Source: a virus
Lineage: Duplodnaviria > Caudoviricetes
Reading direction: 5' to 3' (one strand)
DNA length: 29,877 nucleotides
Virus record (IMG/VR): IMGVR_UViG_3300020042_009493
Location: 1 to 29,877 of that record
The notes below the pieces were generated by a model. The model was given only the letters and a program-made list of their open reading frames with translations, did not search any database and was not told the origin of the DNA. Positions 1 through 9,834 of the stretch are shown piece after piece. The position numbers and the translations under genes were made by a program. Position 1 is the stretch's first letter. Each line of letters starts with the position of its first letter.

Positions 1-459
1 AAGAGCCAATATACTCAAGGAAAAGAATTTATATATTCTGATACTTATGAGATGTATCAAGGATATTATTATGAAATGAATAATAGATATTTTATTGGTA
101 GAGTATTTGATCCTAATGCTCGTGAAATATTAAAACTTCAATCTGATAAAGTAGACAAATTAAAATTAAACTCCAAATTATCTACTTTTATTAGCTTATT
201 AAAAACAAAACTACCTAACAGTATTAAAATATCTTCTATCCAACCAGATGGAAGAAATTCAACACGATATTTTGCTAAAAAATTAAATTATAGTCCTATT
301 TTAATTAAAGAAATAAGTGAAGATACCTTCAATAAACTACAAATTGATCCAACATACCAAACCCTCACTCTAACTCTACCAGCAAGTGATTATGATCCTG
401 CTATTTTAGATCAGGCAGATAAACAAATGCCTGGATTAAAATCCTTTTTATTAGGCTAA
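1..459 (+). CDS. Hypothetical phage protein, 5'-truncated by the window edge
   Basis: Frame 1 is open from base 1 (KSQYTQGKEFIYSDTYEM...) to TAA at 457-459, so the ATG at 52 is probably internal. Confidence 0.6.
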   Translation, partial: KSQYTQGKEFIYSDTYEMYQGYYYEMNNRYFIGRVFDPNAREILKLQSDKVDKLKLNSKLSTFISLLKTKLPNSIKISSIQPDGRNSTRYFAKKLNYSPILIKEISEDTFNKLQIDPTYQTLTLTLPASDYDPAILDQADKQMPGLKSFLLG

Positions 460-477
460 ATTTTTATCTTATATTCA
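446..477 (+). promoter_or_regulatory. Putative promoter upstream of the PolA-like gene
   Basis: TTTT(446-449)-N20-TATATTCA(470-477), the same geometry as the other copies of this motif. Confidence 0.45.
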
Positions 478-495
478 ATTCAAAGGTTATGAAAT

Positions 496-1797
496 ATGTT
501 TTATATTATAGAAAGATCCGATCAACTACAACAACTAAAACCATTTAATGATTGTTTTGTTAGTTTTATTCCTAAAAACAATAACTATTATCCATCACTT
601 ACATCGTTAAGTCTAATCTATATTAGACCAATTGATGGGAAAAAAGGTTATATGTTGTGTTTAGATCACAATGAATCATTTAGTTTAAATCAAATTGAAG
701 TAATTGATTGGTTAAAAATTAACACTAGTAAATTATTCTTACTTGATAAGAAAGAAGCACTGCATTGGGTATATTCATTATCTGATAAATTATTCGATAT
801 TAATTTTATTGAGCCTATTAATTTAACAGAATTAAATAATAATTGCATTAATTATTATTATACTAATTATACTAATTTACCTAATATAAACTGTTTAATT
901 CCAATCAGTAAACATTATGAAGAATGTGAAGCAATATTTAATGCATCATTATCTACTATTAAAAAATACACACTAACAAACACACAATTCCAATTCCAGA
1001 ATTTTAGAACAACAGATATATTTTATAAAATTGAAAAAAACGGCATTAAATTAGATAAAGACTGCTTTATAAACTACTATAAAGGTAAATTACAATATCC
1101 CGAATTTAATCTATCTAAGAGCAGAATATATACTCAATATAATTTATATAATACCACTTCACGCCCATCTAACACATGTAACAGTATTAACTTTGCAGCA
1201 CTAAATAAAGACGATGGTGAACGTAACTGCTACAAACCCGAAAATGATAAATTTATTGAGATTGACTTTCAGGGCTATCATCCACGACTAATCGGCGAGA
1301 TGATTGGGTTTGAATTTCCAAAAGATCGTAACACATATGAATTATTAGGTGAATTATTAGGTGTATCACAACAAGAAGCTAAAGAATTAACATTTAAACA
1401 ATTATATGGTGGTATATGGTCTGAATATCAAGATAAACCATTCTTTAAAGAAGTAGCCATGTATGTTGATGGTATATGGGACACATATCAATATGGAGGA
1501 TACATTAAAACGGAAAATAAAATATTTATACGTGACCAACTTGACAAAATAACACCACAAAAATTATTTAATTATATAGTTCAAAGTAAAGAAACATCAA
1601 CTAATGTTGAATTATTAGAACTAGCATTGAATTATTTAAAAGATAAAAAAACTAAAATAGTACTATATACATACGATGCATTTCTGTTTGATTATGCTGA
1701 AGAAGATGGAAATATATTACCAGAATTAATAAATATACTGGAATATCCAGTAAGTATCAAACAAGGAACATCATATCACGGTTTAACTAAAATATAA
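496..1797 (+). CDS. Family A DNA polymerase-like protein (short, no 5'-3' exonuclease, degenerate 3'-5' exonuclease region)
   Basis: TTSRPSN...INF (T.TGRLSS-like), motif A EIDFQGYHPRL, motif B AKELTFKQLYG, motif C YTYDAFLFD. Confidence 0.8.
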   Translation: MFYIIERSDQLQQLKPFNDCFVSFIPKNNNYYPSLTSLSLIYIRPIDGKKGYMLCLDHNESFSLNQIEVIDWLKINTSKLFLLDKKEALHWVYSLSDKLFDINFIEPINLTELNNNCINYYYTNYTNLPNINCLIPISKHYEECEAIFNASLSTIKKYTLTNTQFQFQNFRTTDIFYKIEKNGIKLDKDCFINYYKGKLQYPEFNLSKSRIYTQYNLYNTTSRPSNTCNSINFAALNKDDGERNCYKPENDKFIEIDFQGYHPRLIGEMIGFEFPKDRNTYELLGELLGVSQQEAKELTFKQLYGGIWSEYQDKPFFKEVAMYVDGIWDTYQYGGYIKTENKIFIRDQLDKITPQKLFNYIVQSKETSTNVELLELALNYLKDKKTKIVLYTYDAFLFDYAEEDGNILPELINILEYPVSIKQGTSYHGLTKI

Positions 1798-1803
1798 ATA
1801 TTT

Positions 1804-2220
1804 ATGACAGACAATATATTTTTCGATTTGAATAAGCTATTCTGTACATTTACTACCCCAGACGAATTAGATACGGTTCTTGCCGATATCAATCGCCGAT
1901 ATACAATAATGTATAATAAAATATTCGTGCTTGAGTCACCTCAAAGCAAAGAATTAATGTGTACATATAATATCGATATGGGTAATACATCAGATAGTCC
2001 ATTACCTAGTACAATATTACTTCATCGTAAGAAGGAATCAAATACATTATATACAATTAATGCTCTTAATGCATTGATCAGAACATTAAATGATGGTATA
2101 TTAGATACTAGATTTATTATTAATTGGTCTGATTATAAAAATTGTATACTACTCAATAACGGCCCTGAATTACGCCGTTTAGATACTGCTATCTACAAAA
2201 TTATAGATCTCAATAAATAA
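1804..2220 (+). CDS. Hypothetical phage protein
   Basis: 138-aa ORF tightly packed after the PolA-like gene; no recognised motif. Confidence 0.7.
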   Translation: MTDNIFFDLNKLFCTFTTPDELDTVLADINRRYTIMYNKIFVLESPQSKELMCTYNIDMGNTSDSPLPSTILLHRKKESNTLYTINALNALIRTLNDGILDTRFIINWSDYKNCILLNNGPELRRLDTAIYKIIDLNK

Positions 2221-2564
2221 TGGCAACATATACAGCAGCACAACTTTATGGTAGTGGATCAATAGGCGAAAACTTATCTGGGTTAAAAACATTTGCTTTT
2301 ACTAATCCAAGTGTATCTTCTTACTTTACCTTAGAAGCAGTAAGAACACCAAATGGTTTTTACACTGATAGCTCTGCTATTGTATCTTCAGGCTCATTTA
2401 CTATCTCTGCTTCTATGGTACCCGGATTTGTAACATCTTCCAATGTATTTTCACTTGTTATCCCTCAAGGTACTTCAGTATTTACTTTTACTCCTGCAAA
2501 CGCCATAACAGGAACTACCTATTATTTAAGAGGAACTGGAGATTATAGTTTAGCTATTACTTAA
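2220..2564 (+). CDS. Ser/Thr/Gly-rich, beta-strand-like hypothetical protein (possibly virion-associated)
   Basis: 114 aa, TAATG overlap with the upstream gene, very few charged residues. Confidence 0.6.
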   Translation: MATYTAAQLYGSGSIGENLSGLKTFAFTNPSVSSYFTLEAVRTPNGFYTDSSAIVSSGSFTISASMVPGFVTSSNVFSLVIPQGTSVFTFTPANAITGTTYYLRGTGDYSLAIT

Positions 2565-2569
2565 AATCG

Positions 2570-2601
2570 TTTGGCGGTCTAAATAAAGACTATTATATTT
2601 A
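2570..2601 (+). promoter_or_regulatory. Bacteroidota-type promoter
   Basis: TTTG(2570-2573)-N20-TATATTTA(2594-2601). Confidence 0.6.
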
Positions 2602-2605
2602 AAAT

Positions 2606-3181
2606 ATGAAGCCGTTCATTACAGAAATAAAAAGATTTCAAGAATTAGCTGGTATTATTAATAAGAATGATTCAAATAATACAATTATTCTTTACTCAAC
2701 ATGGTTATCAAATAATAAAAAAAACCAAAAATATTATTATAGCCAACCACTATTTCCCGGAAAAAATAATTTAACTGCTCAAAACGCACCCGGGAGTGTT
2801 AATGGAGGTGAAGAAAAAGGAATAGAATGTATGGGCCAACCCTTTACCCATTTATCAGATCCTAATGATGAAGATCAAGATCCTAATAATTTTAAAATTA
2901 CTATTGTAAAATTTCGCAAATCTATAGATGAAGTATTTATTGATTATGGAGATTTTATTTTAGAAACATTTAGTGGAGTGATTGATGATATAAATAAAGC
3001 TAAAAAAATAATAAATAATAATAAAAATAATAATATAGAAACTCCATTATCTTCTCTTCCTTTAAAACCCAAATTTTCAGAAAACCAAAGCAATAAAGTG
3101 GCTGCATTGTTTGGATGCTATGTTAAAGAAATTAAATCTTCTGAAATAATAGATATTACTGAGCAATATCAAGAAGCTTAG
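2606..3181 (+). CDS. Hypothetical accessory protein with ITE.KRFQELAGI N-terminal leader
   Basis: 191-aa Asn-rich ORF with its own upstream promoter motif. Confidence 0.65.
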   Translation: MKPFITEIKRFQELAGIINKNDSNNTIILYSTWLSNNKKNQKYYYSQPLFPGKNNLTAQNAPGSVNGGEEKGIECMGQPFTHLSDPNDEDQDPNNFKITIVKFRKSIDEVFIDYGDFILETFSGVIDDINKAKKIINNNKNNNIETPLSSLPLKPKFSENQSNKVAALFGCYVKEIKSSEIIDITEQYQEA

Positions 3182-3213
3182 TTTGGTAGGCCAAACAAAC
3201 AATCTTATATTTA
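3182..3213 (+). promoter_or_regulatory. Bacteroidota-type promoter for the ssb-recA-exonuclease-helicase operon
   Basis: TTTG(3182-3185)-N20-TATATTTA(3206-3213); overlaps the inverted repeat GTTTGG-TAGG-CCAAAC (3181-3196). Confidence 0.65.
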
Positions 3214-3232
3214 ATTCTAAAATAAATAAGTT

Positions 3233-4063
3233 ATGGATTTAAACATCGCAAAACAGAAGCTTGCTGCTTCACAAAACAAAGGTGGTCAACAACGCGAGCG
3301 TATTGATTACACCAAAATTTTCTTTAAACCTAAAGCCGGTAAGTACCAAGTACGTATTCTACCAAGCAAATTTGACAAATCATGGCCTATCCGTGAAGTA
3401 CAATTCCATTATGGATTTGCTAAAGGACCAATCTTGTCATTGACAAACTGGAGTGAAGCCGATCCGATTGCAGACTTTGCAAAACAACTTCGCAAATCAG
3501 GCGATAAGGAAGATTGGCAATTGGCAAACAAAATTAGTCCTAAATCACGTTTCTTTGCTGCTGTAATAGTACGTGGTGAAGAGCATTTGGGTGCTCGTTT
3601 GTGGGAATTTGGTAAATTGACTCATGATCAACTTCTCGGTATTGCTGCTGATGATGATTATGGTGATTTCACAGATATCACAGATGGTAGAGACTTCACA
3701 ATTGATGCTGTTGAAGACGTCATTGCTGGTAGGAAAGGTATTAAGTGTAATCTCCGCATTAAACCTAAAACCACTTCAATTTCAGAAGATGGTGCTTTAG
3801 TAACTAAATTGCTTGAAGAACAACCAGACATCTTAGGTATTAATCGTAAGTATTCTTATGATCAACTTAAGGAAGTATTGGCTAAATGGCTAAATCCTGA
3901 AGAAGAACCTGCTGCAACTGAGGCTCCAATCGCATCAAAAGATGAGGACGAAGATGATTTTATTACTGAAATCAACAAACCAGTAGCACCAGCTTACTCA
4001 CTCGAAACACCTGCTGCTAAAACTAGCAACGCAGACAAATTTAATGACCTATTTAACGATTAA
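3233..4063 (+). CDS. Single-stranded DNA-binding protein (T4 gp32-like)
   Basis: FFKPK.G..QVRILP, DPI, LWEFG, DFTDITDGRDFTI and an acidic C-terminal tail ending FNDLFND; lies upstream of recA. Confidence 0.8.
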   Translation: MDLNIAKQKLAASQNKGGQQRERIDYTKIFFKPKAGKYQVRILPSKFDKSWPIREVQFHYGFAKGPILSLTNWSEADPIADFAKQLRKSGDKEDWQLANKISPKSRFFAAVIVRGEEHLGARLWEFGKLTHDQLLGIAADDDYGDFTDITDGRDFTIDAVEDVIAGRKGIKCNLRIKPKTTSISEDGALVTKLLEEQPDILGINRKYSYDQLKEVLAKWLNPEEEPAATEAPIASKDEDEDDFITEINKPVAPAYSLETPAAKTSNADKFNDLFND

Positions 4064-4065
4064 TA

Positions 4066-5175
4066 ATGGCAAAAAGTAAAGACAGTTTAACATCAGTAGT
4101 ATCTGAATCACTTAAAAAGTCTTTTGACATTGATGCCTTTAAGAAATCTAAATTTCTAGATCAAGCATCAAAGTTTAAAAAGCAAAGATGGATTCCATTT
4201 TCACCTGCTGTAGCTAATGCTTTATCCATTCCTGGAATTCCAATGGGACATGTTTCCATTGCCCGTGGAGGATCTGATACTGGAAAAACCACATTGATGA
4301 TTGAGACAGCAGTAGCTGCTCAGAAGATGGGCGTATTGCCTATCTTCATCATCACTGAGATGAAATGGGATTTTGAACATGCTCAAAAAATGGGATTTCA
4401 ACTTGAAGCAGTTCCAGATGAGGAATCAGGTGAAGTAATAAACTATAAAGGATTCTTCCTATATGTTGATAGATCATCTCTTAACACAATTGAAGATGTA
4501 TCTGCCTTCATTGCCGATATCCTCAGCGAACAATCAAAAGGCAAATTACCATATGATCTATTATTTCTCTGGGATTCTGTAGGATCAATTCCATGCGATA
4601 TGAGTGTTAAACAAAATAACAACAATCCAATGTGGAATGCTGGTGCTATGGCTACTCAGTTTGGTAACTTTATCAACCAACAATTTCCGTTATCACGTAA
4701 GGAAAAGTATCCTTACACAAATACATTCTTTGTAATTAATAAAACCGGCGTACAACCAGCACTTACTCCAATGAGTCAACCTCGTATGACAAATAAAGGT
4801 GGTAATGCAATGTATTGGGATGCCTCAATTGTAATTACATTTGGTAATGTAACTAACAGCGGTACTTCTAAAATACATGCACAGAAAGATGGTAAGAAAG
4901 TTGAATTTGCTAAACGTACTAAAATAGCAATCGACAAAATACATGCTGATTGCGGTGTAGCAACTTCATCTACTATTATTGTAACACCTCATGGTTTTAT
5001 TCCTGACGAAGATAATGATATTAAGAGTTATAAGAAGGAATACGCTAAGGAATGGTTCGAAGGAATAACTAATGTTGATGATCTACAAATTGTTGAAGAT
5101 ACTAGCGAATGGAATGAAAGTAGAAGCATATCCCCTATGATAGAGATAGATAGTGATGAGGTAGAATCTAAATAA
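4066..5175 (+). CDS. uvsX: RecA/UvsX-like recombinase
   Basis: GIPMG, Walker A GGSDTGKTT, Walker B FLWDSVG, KGGNAM and an acidic tail. Confidence 0.85.
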   Translation: MAKSKDSLTSVVSESLKKSFDIDAFKKSKFLDQASKFKKQRWIPFSPAVANALSIPGIPMGHVSIARGGSDTGKTTLMIETAVAAQKMGVLPIFIITEMKWDFEHAQKMGFQLEAVPDEESGEVINYKGFFLYVDRSSLNTIEDVSAFIADILSEQSKGKLPYDLLFLWDSVGSIPCDMSVKQNNNNPMWNAGAMATQFGNFINQQFPLSRKEKYPYTNTFFVINKTGVQPALTPMSQPRMTNKGGNAMYWDASIVITFGNVTNSGTSKIHAQKDGKKVEFAKRTKIAIDKIHADCGVATSSTIIVTPHGFIPDEDNDIKSYKKEYAKEWFEGITNVDDLQIVEDTSEWNESRSISPMIEIDSDEVESK

Positions 5176-5180
5176 ACAAA

Positions 5181-6206
5181 ATGAAGAGTAAATATGAACA
5201 TTTACTCTCCAATGTACAACCAGACTTTCGCAAAGAACTAAGTTCGATTTTAATCATAGACGGCCTCAATACATTTTTGAGGTCGTTTACTATGATTAAC
5301 CATATGAATCCTGATGGCCACCATATTGGTGGTCTAACAGGATTCCTTAAATCTATCGGTTATGCTATACGCATGTCTGATCCAACTAAAGTGGTTGTAA
5401 TATTTGATGGTATTGGAGGGTCAAACGCAAGACGAAATTTATATCCTGAATATAAGGCAAACCGTAATTCTAGCCGTATAACTAATCACAATATCTTCTC
5501 ATCTAAAGATGAGGAAAGTGAAAGTATTAATAATCAAATATCACGTTTGATTCAATATCTACAATGTTTACCTGTTACAGTTATTAGTATTGATGGGTTA
5601 GAAGCAGATGATATTATTGGCTACCTAGCTAATAAATTCCAACCACACGAAGAAACAGCTAGAGTAACTATCATGTCTGCTGATAAAGACTTCCTACAAT
5701 TAGTATCAGATAAAGTTCATTGTTATTCTCCTACTAAAAAGAAAATATACACACCTAAAGATGTGTTAGAAGAATTTGGTGTTAGTAGTAGTAACTTTCT
5801 TAACTATAAAATACTAATGGGAGATACATCTGATAATATTCCTGGTATTACTGGTTTAGGTCCTAAAAAGCTAATTAAGTTATTTCCTGAATTAATAAGT
5901 AATACTAAAATAGAATTAGATGAAATCATTAGTACATCAGCAGATAAAGTAGATGAAAATAAACTATATCTGTCAGTTGTAGAAAGAAGACATCAACTAT
6001 TAATTAATCATCAATTGATGTCTTTGAATGGTAGCTTCTTGTCACCAGAGAATAAACAATTAGTTAAAGACGCATTTAATAATTCATACGAATTGAATAT
6101 ACCTATATTCTTGCAGTTGTATCATAATGATAAATTAGGTGAAAGCATTCCTAATACATCATCGTGGTTAACTCAATTATTTGGCTATCCAAATTCTTTC
6201 AAATAA
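5181..6206 (+). CDS. 5'-3' exonuclease / flap endonuclease (T4 RNase H-like)
   Basis: IIDGLN, VIFDG, YPEYKANR, EADDIIG, SADKDFLQL, GDTSDNIPGITGLGPK (helix-hairpin-helix). Confidence 0.92.
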   Translation: MKSKYEHLLSNVQPDFRKELSSILIIDGLNTFLRSFTMINHMNPDGHHIGGLTGFLKSIGYAIRMSDPTKVVVIFDGIGGSNARRNLYPEYKANRNSSRITNHNIFSSKDEESESINNQISRLIQYLQCLPVTVISIDGLEADDIIGYLANKFQPHEETARVTIMSADKDFLQLVSDKVHCYSPTKKKIYTPKDVLEEFGVSSSNFLNYKILMGDTSDNIPGITGLGPKKLIKLFPELISNTKIELDEIISTSADKVDENKLYLSVVERRHQLLINHQLMSLNGSFLSPENKQLVKDAFNNSYELNIPIFLQLYHNDKLGESIPNTSSWLTQLFGYPNSFK

Positions 6207-6215
6207 ATTTAGGTT

Positions 6216-7592
6216 ATGACAACATTAAGTAAATTAAATCAATACGGACCTGTATTCCAAGTAAAAGTATTAGGTGCCCTACTAACACAAAGACAATTCT
6301 TAATTAATGTTATCGATTCACTTGATTCAGAATACTTTGAATCATCAGCACATAAATGGGTTGTAGAATATATTCAAAAATATTTTGGACAGTATCATAC
6401 TACACCAACAGTAGAAACACTATCGATTGAGGTAAAGAAACTAGAGAATGAAGTATTGAGAATATCAATTGTAGAAGCATTAAAAGAAGCTTATAAAATG
6501 GCTGATCAAAGTGATCTAGAATGGGTTGAGTCTGAATTTAGTTCATTTTGTAGAAATCAACAAGTAAAGAGTGCTATTCTAAACTCAGTACAGTTACTAG
6601 AAATGAATGACTTCGATAGTATCCTTCAATTAATTAGTAAAGCTGTAAAATCAGGTGAAGATAAAACAATCGGTCTTGATTATAATTTAGATATTGAAGC
6701 TAGATATCGTGAAGATGATAGAGGATGTATTCCATTCCCATGGCCTGTATTTAATGAAATAACACAAGGTGGATATGGTAAAGGTGATCTAGTACTAGTG
6801 TTTGGTAATCCTGGAGGTGGTAAATCATGGGCTGTAGCTGCTATGGGAGCTTATGCTGCCTCATTAGGCTTTAATGTAGTACATTATTCACTTGAATTAG
6901 GTGAAGGATATGTAGGTAAACGTTACGATGCTATATTCTCTGGAATTAATGTAGATAAATTACACCTACATCGCTCACAAGTAGATGAAATAGTAGGCAA
7001 AGTTAAAGGCAAAGTAATTATTAAAGAATACCCACCTAAGAGAGCATCATTTGACACGATAGAGGCACATTTACAGCAGTTAGAGCATCAAAACGATTTT
7101 AAACCGGATATGATCATTATAGACTACCTAGACTATATGCGTACTAAAGGTAGAAAAGATCGTAAAGATGAAATTGATGATGTTTATGTTGCTGCTAAAG
7201 CATTCGGTAAAGAACGCGGCATACCCATTATATCACCATCACAAGCAAACCGTACAGCAGCTAAATCTGACATTATTGAAGGTGATAATGCAGCTGGATC
7301 ATATGATAAAATTATGATTGGAGATATTATCCTATCTTTAGCTCGTAAACGTAAAGATAAAATAGAAGGTACAGGAAACTGGCATATAATGAAAAACAGA
7401 TATGGAGCCGACGGGATGACGTTTAGATCTAGAATAAACACATCAAACGGATATATCAATATAGATGAAAGTCCTGTTGATGATGATAGTATTGAAATAA
7501 GTTCCAACAATAAACCAGTAAATGACTTTTCAGGAGTAGGAGTTGAAGAAAGACAACTACTTCAAAAGAAGTTCTTTAAACTTGAAGGCTAA
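6216..7592 (+). CDS. Replicative DNA helicase (DnaB/gp41 family)
   Basis: Walker A GNPGGGKS, YSLEL, IIIDYLD, SQANR, KNRYG. Confidence 0.92.
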   Translation: MTTLSKLNQYGPVFQVKVLGALLTQRQFLINVIDSLDSEYFESSAHKWVVEYIQKYFGQYHTTPTVETLSIEVKKLENEVLRISIVEALKEAYKMADQSDLEWVESEFSSFCRNQQVKSAILNSVQLLEMNDFDSILQLISKAVKSGEDKTIGLDYNLDIEARYREDDRGCIPFPWPVFNEITQGGYGKGDLVLVFGNPGGGKSWAVAAMGAYAASLGFNVVHYSLELGEGYVGKRYDAIFSGINVDKLHLHRSQVDEIVGKVKGKVIIKEYPPKRASFDTIEAHLQQLEHQNDFKPDMIIIDYLDYMRTKGRKDRKDEIDDVYVAAKAFGKERGIPIISPSQANRTAAKSDIIEGDNAAGSYDKIMIGDIILSLARKRKDKIEGTGNWHIMKNRYGADGMTFRSRINTSNGYINIDESPVDDDSIEISSNNKPVNDFSGVGVEERQLLQKKFFKLEG

Positions 7593-7612
7593 TAAAGTAT
7601 ATACTATATTTA
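7581..7612 (+). promoter_or_regulatory. Putative promoter for trx-nrdJ
   Basis: CTTG(7581-7584)-N20-TATATTTA(7605-7612). Confidence 0.5.
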
Positions 7613-7632
7613 TAACTACAACAATAAAAATT

Positions 7633-7893
7633 ATGGTAAAGGTTAAGAGGTTCACTGCAAAATGGTGCGATCCGTGTCATCAACTAGCCCCGGTTTTCGA
7701 ACAAATGGCTACTGAGTTTCTAAATGTACAATTTGAAACTATAGATGTAGATACATCACCTGAACCTGTTCAAGAATATATGGTTACTTCTATTCCCACA
7801 GTAATAATTGAACATGAAGGACAAGCAGTACAACGTTATGTGGGTCTAAACCCAAAATCAACATATAGTAATTTTATTAAGTCACTTATTTAA
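7633..7893 (+). CDS. trxA: Thioredoxin
   Basis: FTAKWCDPC active site and the SIPT cis-Pro loop. ATG at 7633 is preferred over the TTG at 7543, which lies inside the helicase gene. Confidence 0.88.
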   Translation: MVKVKRFTAKWCDPCHQLAPVFEQMATEFLNVQFETIDVDTSPEPVQEYMVTSIPTVIIEHEGQAVQRYVGLNPKSTYSNFIKSLI

Positions 7894-7907
7894 AAAACAA
7901 ACGAGAA

Positions 7908-9758
7908 ATGGATGTAACGCAAGGTATCCTTAGCGAGATTACTACTTACATGAAGTACAGTAAGTATGTACCTGAGAAGAAAAGGAGAGAAACATGGGAA
8001 GAATTAGTTACGAGAAATAAAGAAATGCATCAAACTAAATTTCCACAACTAAAAGATGAAATCGAAGAAGTCTATAAACTGGTATACGCTAAGAAGGTAT
8101 TGCCTTCAATGCGCAGCTTGCAATTCGCTGGTAAGCCCATTGAGCTTAATAATGCTCGTATATTTAATTGCTCTTTTCTTCCTCTTGATGATTGGAGAGC
8201 ATTCAGTGAAATAATGTTCCTCCTCCTTTCAGGATGTGGAGTAGGATACAGTGTTCAAAATCATCATATTGAAAACTTACCCGAAATTAAAGTACCAACT
8301 AAACACAAACGTTATTTGGTAGGTGATAGTATTGAAGGATGGGCAGATGCCGTTCGTATGCTTTGTAAAGCATATTTTACCGGAGCTCCACTTCCAACAT
8401 TTGACTTTAGAGATATTAGAGCTAAAGGCGCTCAGTTGATTACTGTAGGTGGTAAAGCACCTGGTCCTGAACCATTAAAAGAATGTTTATTTAATCTACA
8501 AAAGGTATTTGACCGTAAAAAGAATGGCGATAAATTAACATCATTAGATGCTCATGATATGGCTTGCCATATTGCTGATGCTGTACTATCAGGTGGTATT
8601 AGAAGAGCAGCATTAATTTCATTATTTAATTTAGATGATGAAGATATGTTAACTTGTAAGTTTGGTAATTGGTGGGAAGAAAACCCACAACGTGGTCGTG
8701 CTAATAATTCTGCCGTTGTATTACGTCACAAGATCACTGAAGAAGAATTCTTTAAATTATGGAAAAAAATTGAATTAAGCGGCAGTGGTGAACCCGGTAT
8801 TTACTTTAGCAATGACAAAGATTGGGGAACTAATCCCTGCTGTGAGATTGCTTTACGTTCTTTCCAATTCTGTAACTTGTGTGAAGTAAACGTTTCAAAC
8901 GTTGAATCACAAGAAGATCTAAACGAACGTGTTAAAGCAGGAGCGTTTATTGGTACACTACAAGCAGCATACACTAATTTCCATTATCTAAGAGATATAT
9001 GGCAGAAAACAACTGAAAAAGATGCTCTATTAGGTGTTGGAATGACAGGTATTGGTTCTGGAGCTGTACTAGGATTGGATCTTAAAAAATCAGCTGATGT
9101 AGCTAAAGAAGAAAATGCTCGTGTAGCTGAAATTATAGGAGTAAACAAAGCAGCTCGTGTTACTACAGTTAAACCATCAGGTACTAGTTCATTAGTATTA
9201 GGAACATCATCAGGTATTCATGCTTGGCACAATGACTATTATATTCGCCGTATTCGCGTAGGTAAAAACGAAGCAATATATTCTTACCTTGCTATTAACC
9301 ACCCTGAATTAGTTGAAGATGATTTCTTTAAACCAACAATTCAAGCTGTAATCTCAGTGCCACAAGCAGCACCAGAAGGTTCTATTTTAAGAACTGAAAA
9401 TGTAATTGATATGCTTGAACGTACTAAATTATTTAATCTTGAATGGGTAAGAAAAGGTCATCGTAAGGGAGCTAATACAAACAACGTATCAGCTACAGTA
9501 TCAATTCAAGAAAATGAATGGGAACAAGTAGGTAATTGGATGTGGGAAAATAAAGAAACATTTAACGGATTATCAGTATTACCTTATTTTGGAGGTACTT
9601 ATAAACAAAGTCCTTATGAAGATTGTACTAAGGAGCAGTTTGAAGAAATGGCAAAACATTTACACCAAATTGATCTATCCAAGATTATAGAATTTGATGA
9701 TAATACTACTCTTAGCGAACAAGCTGCTTGCGCTGGATCAAGCTGTGATATAGTATAG
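7908..9758 (+). CDS. nrdJ: Class II (adenosylcobalamin-dependent) ribonucleotide reductase
   Basis: LPSMR, FNC, GGIRRAA, GEPG, TNPCCEI, FCNL, VKPSGT and a C-terminal redox pair CAGSSC; no R2 subunit nearby. Confidence 0.88.
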   Translation: MDVTQGILSEITTYMKYSKYVPEKKRRETWEELVTRNKEMHQTKFPQLKDEIEEVYKLVYAKKVLPSMRSLQFAGKPIELNNARIFNCSFLPLDDWRAFSEIMFLLLSGCGVGYSVQNHHIENLPEIKVPTKHKRYLVGDSIEGWADAVRMLCKAYFTGAPLPTFDFRDIRAKGAQLITVGGKAPGPEPLKECLFNLQKVFDRKKNGDKLTSLDAHDMACHIADAVLSGGIRRAALISLFNLDDEDMLTCKFGNWWEENPQRGRANNSAVVLRHKITEEEFFKLWKKIELSGSGEPGIYFSNDKDWGTNPCCEIALRSFQFCNLCEVNVSNVESQEDLNERVKAGAFIGTLQAAYTNFHYLRDIWQKTTEKDALLGVGMTGIGSGAVLGLDLKKSADVAKEENARVAEIIGVNKAARVTTVKPSGTSSLVLGTSSGIHAWHNDYYIRRIRVGKNEAIYSYLAINHPELVEDDFFKPTIQAVISVPQAAPEGSILRTENVIDMLERTKLFNLEWVRKGHRKGANTNNVSATVSIQENEWEQVGNWMWENKETFNGLSVLPYFGGTYKQSPYEDCTKEQFEEMAKHLHQIDLSKIIEFDDNTTLSEQAACAGSSCDIV

Positions 9759-9834
9759 TATTCTAAAATAACGCTTGTTTAGCTCCCATACGTCTTTTGA
9801 AGGTATTATATATTTATTGTCACAAATAAGATAT

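Noticed and set aside
3001-3036. AAT-rich low-complexity run
   Set aside because: It encodes Asn/Lys/Ile in frame and is expected in AT-rich DNA; there is no defined repeat unit.
7543-7632. N-terminal extensions from TTG/GTG starts (7543, and likewise 9775 and 11473)
   Set aside because: They overlap upstream genes or promoter motifs; the downstream ATGs fit the domain boundaries better.
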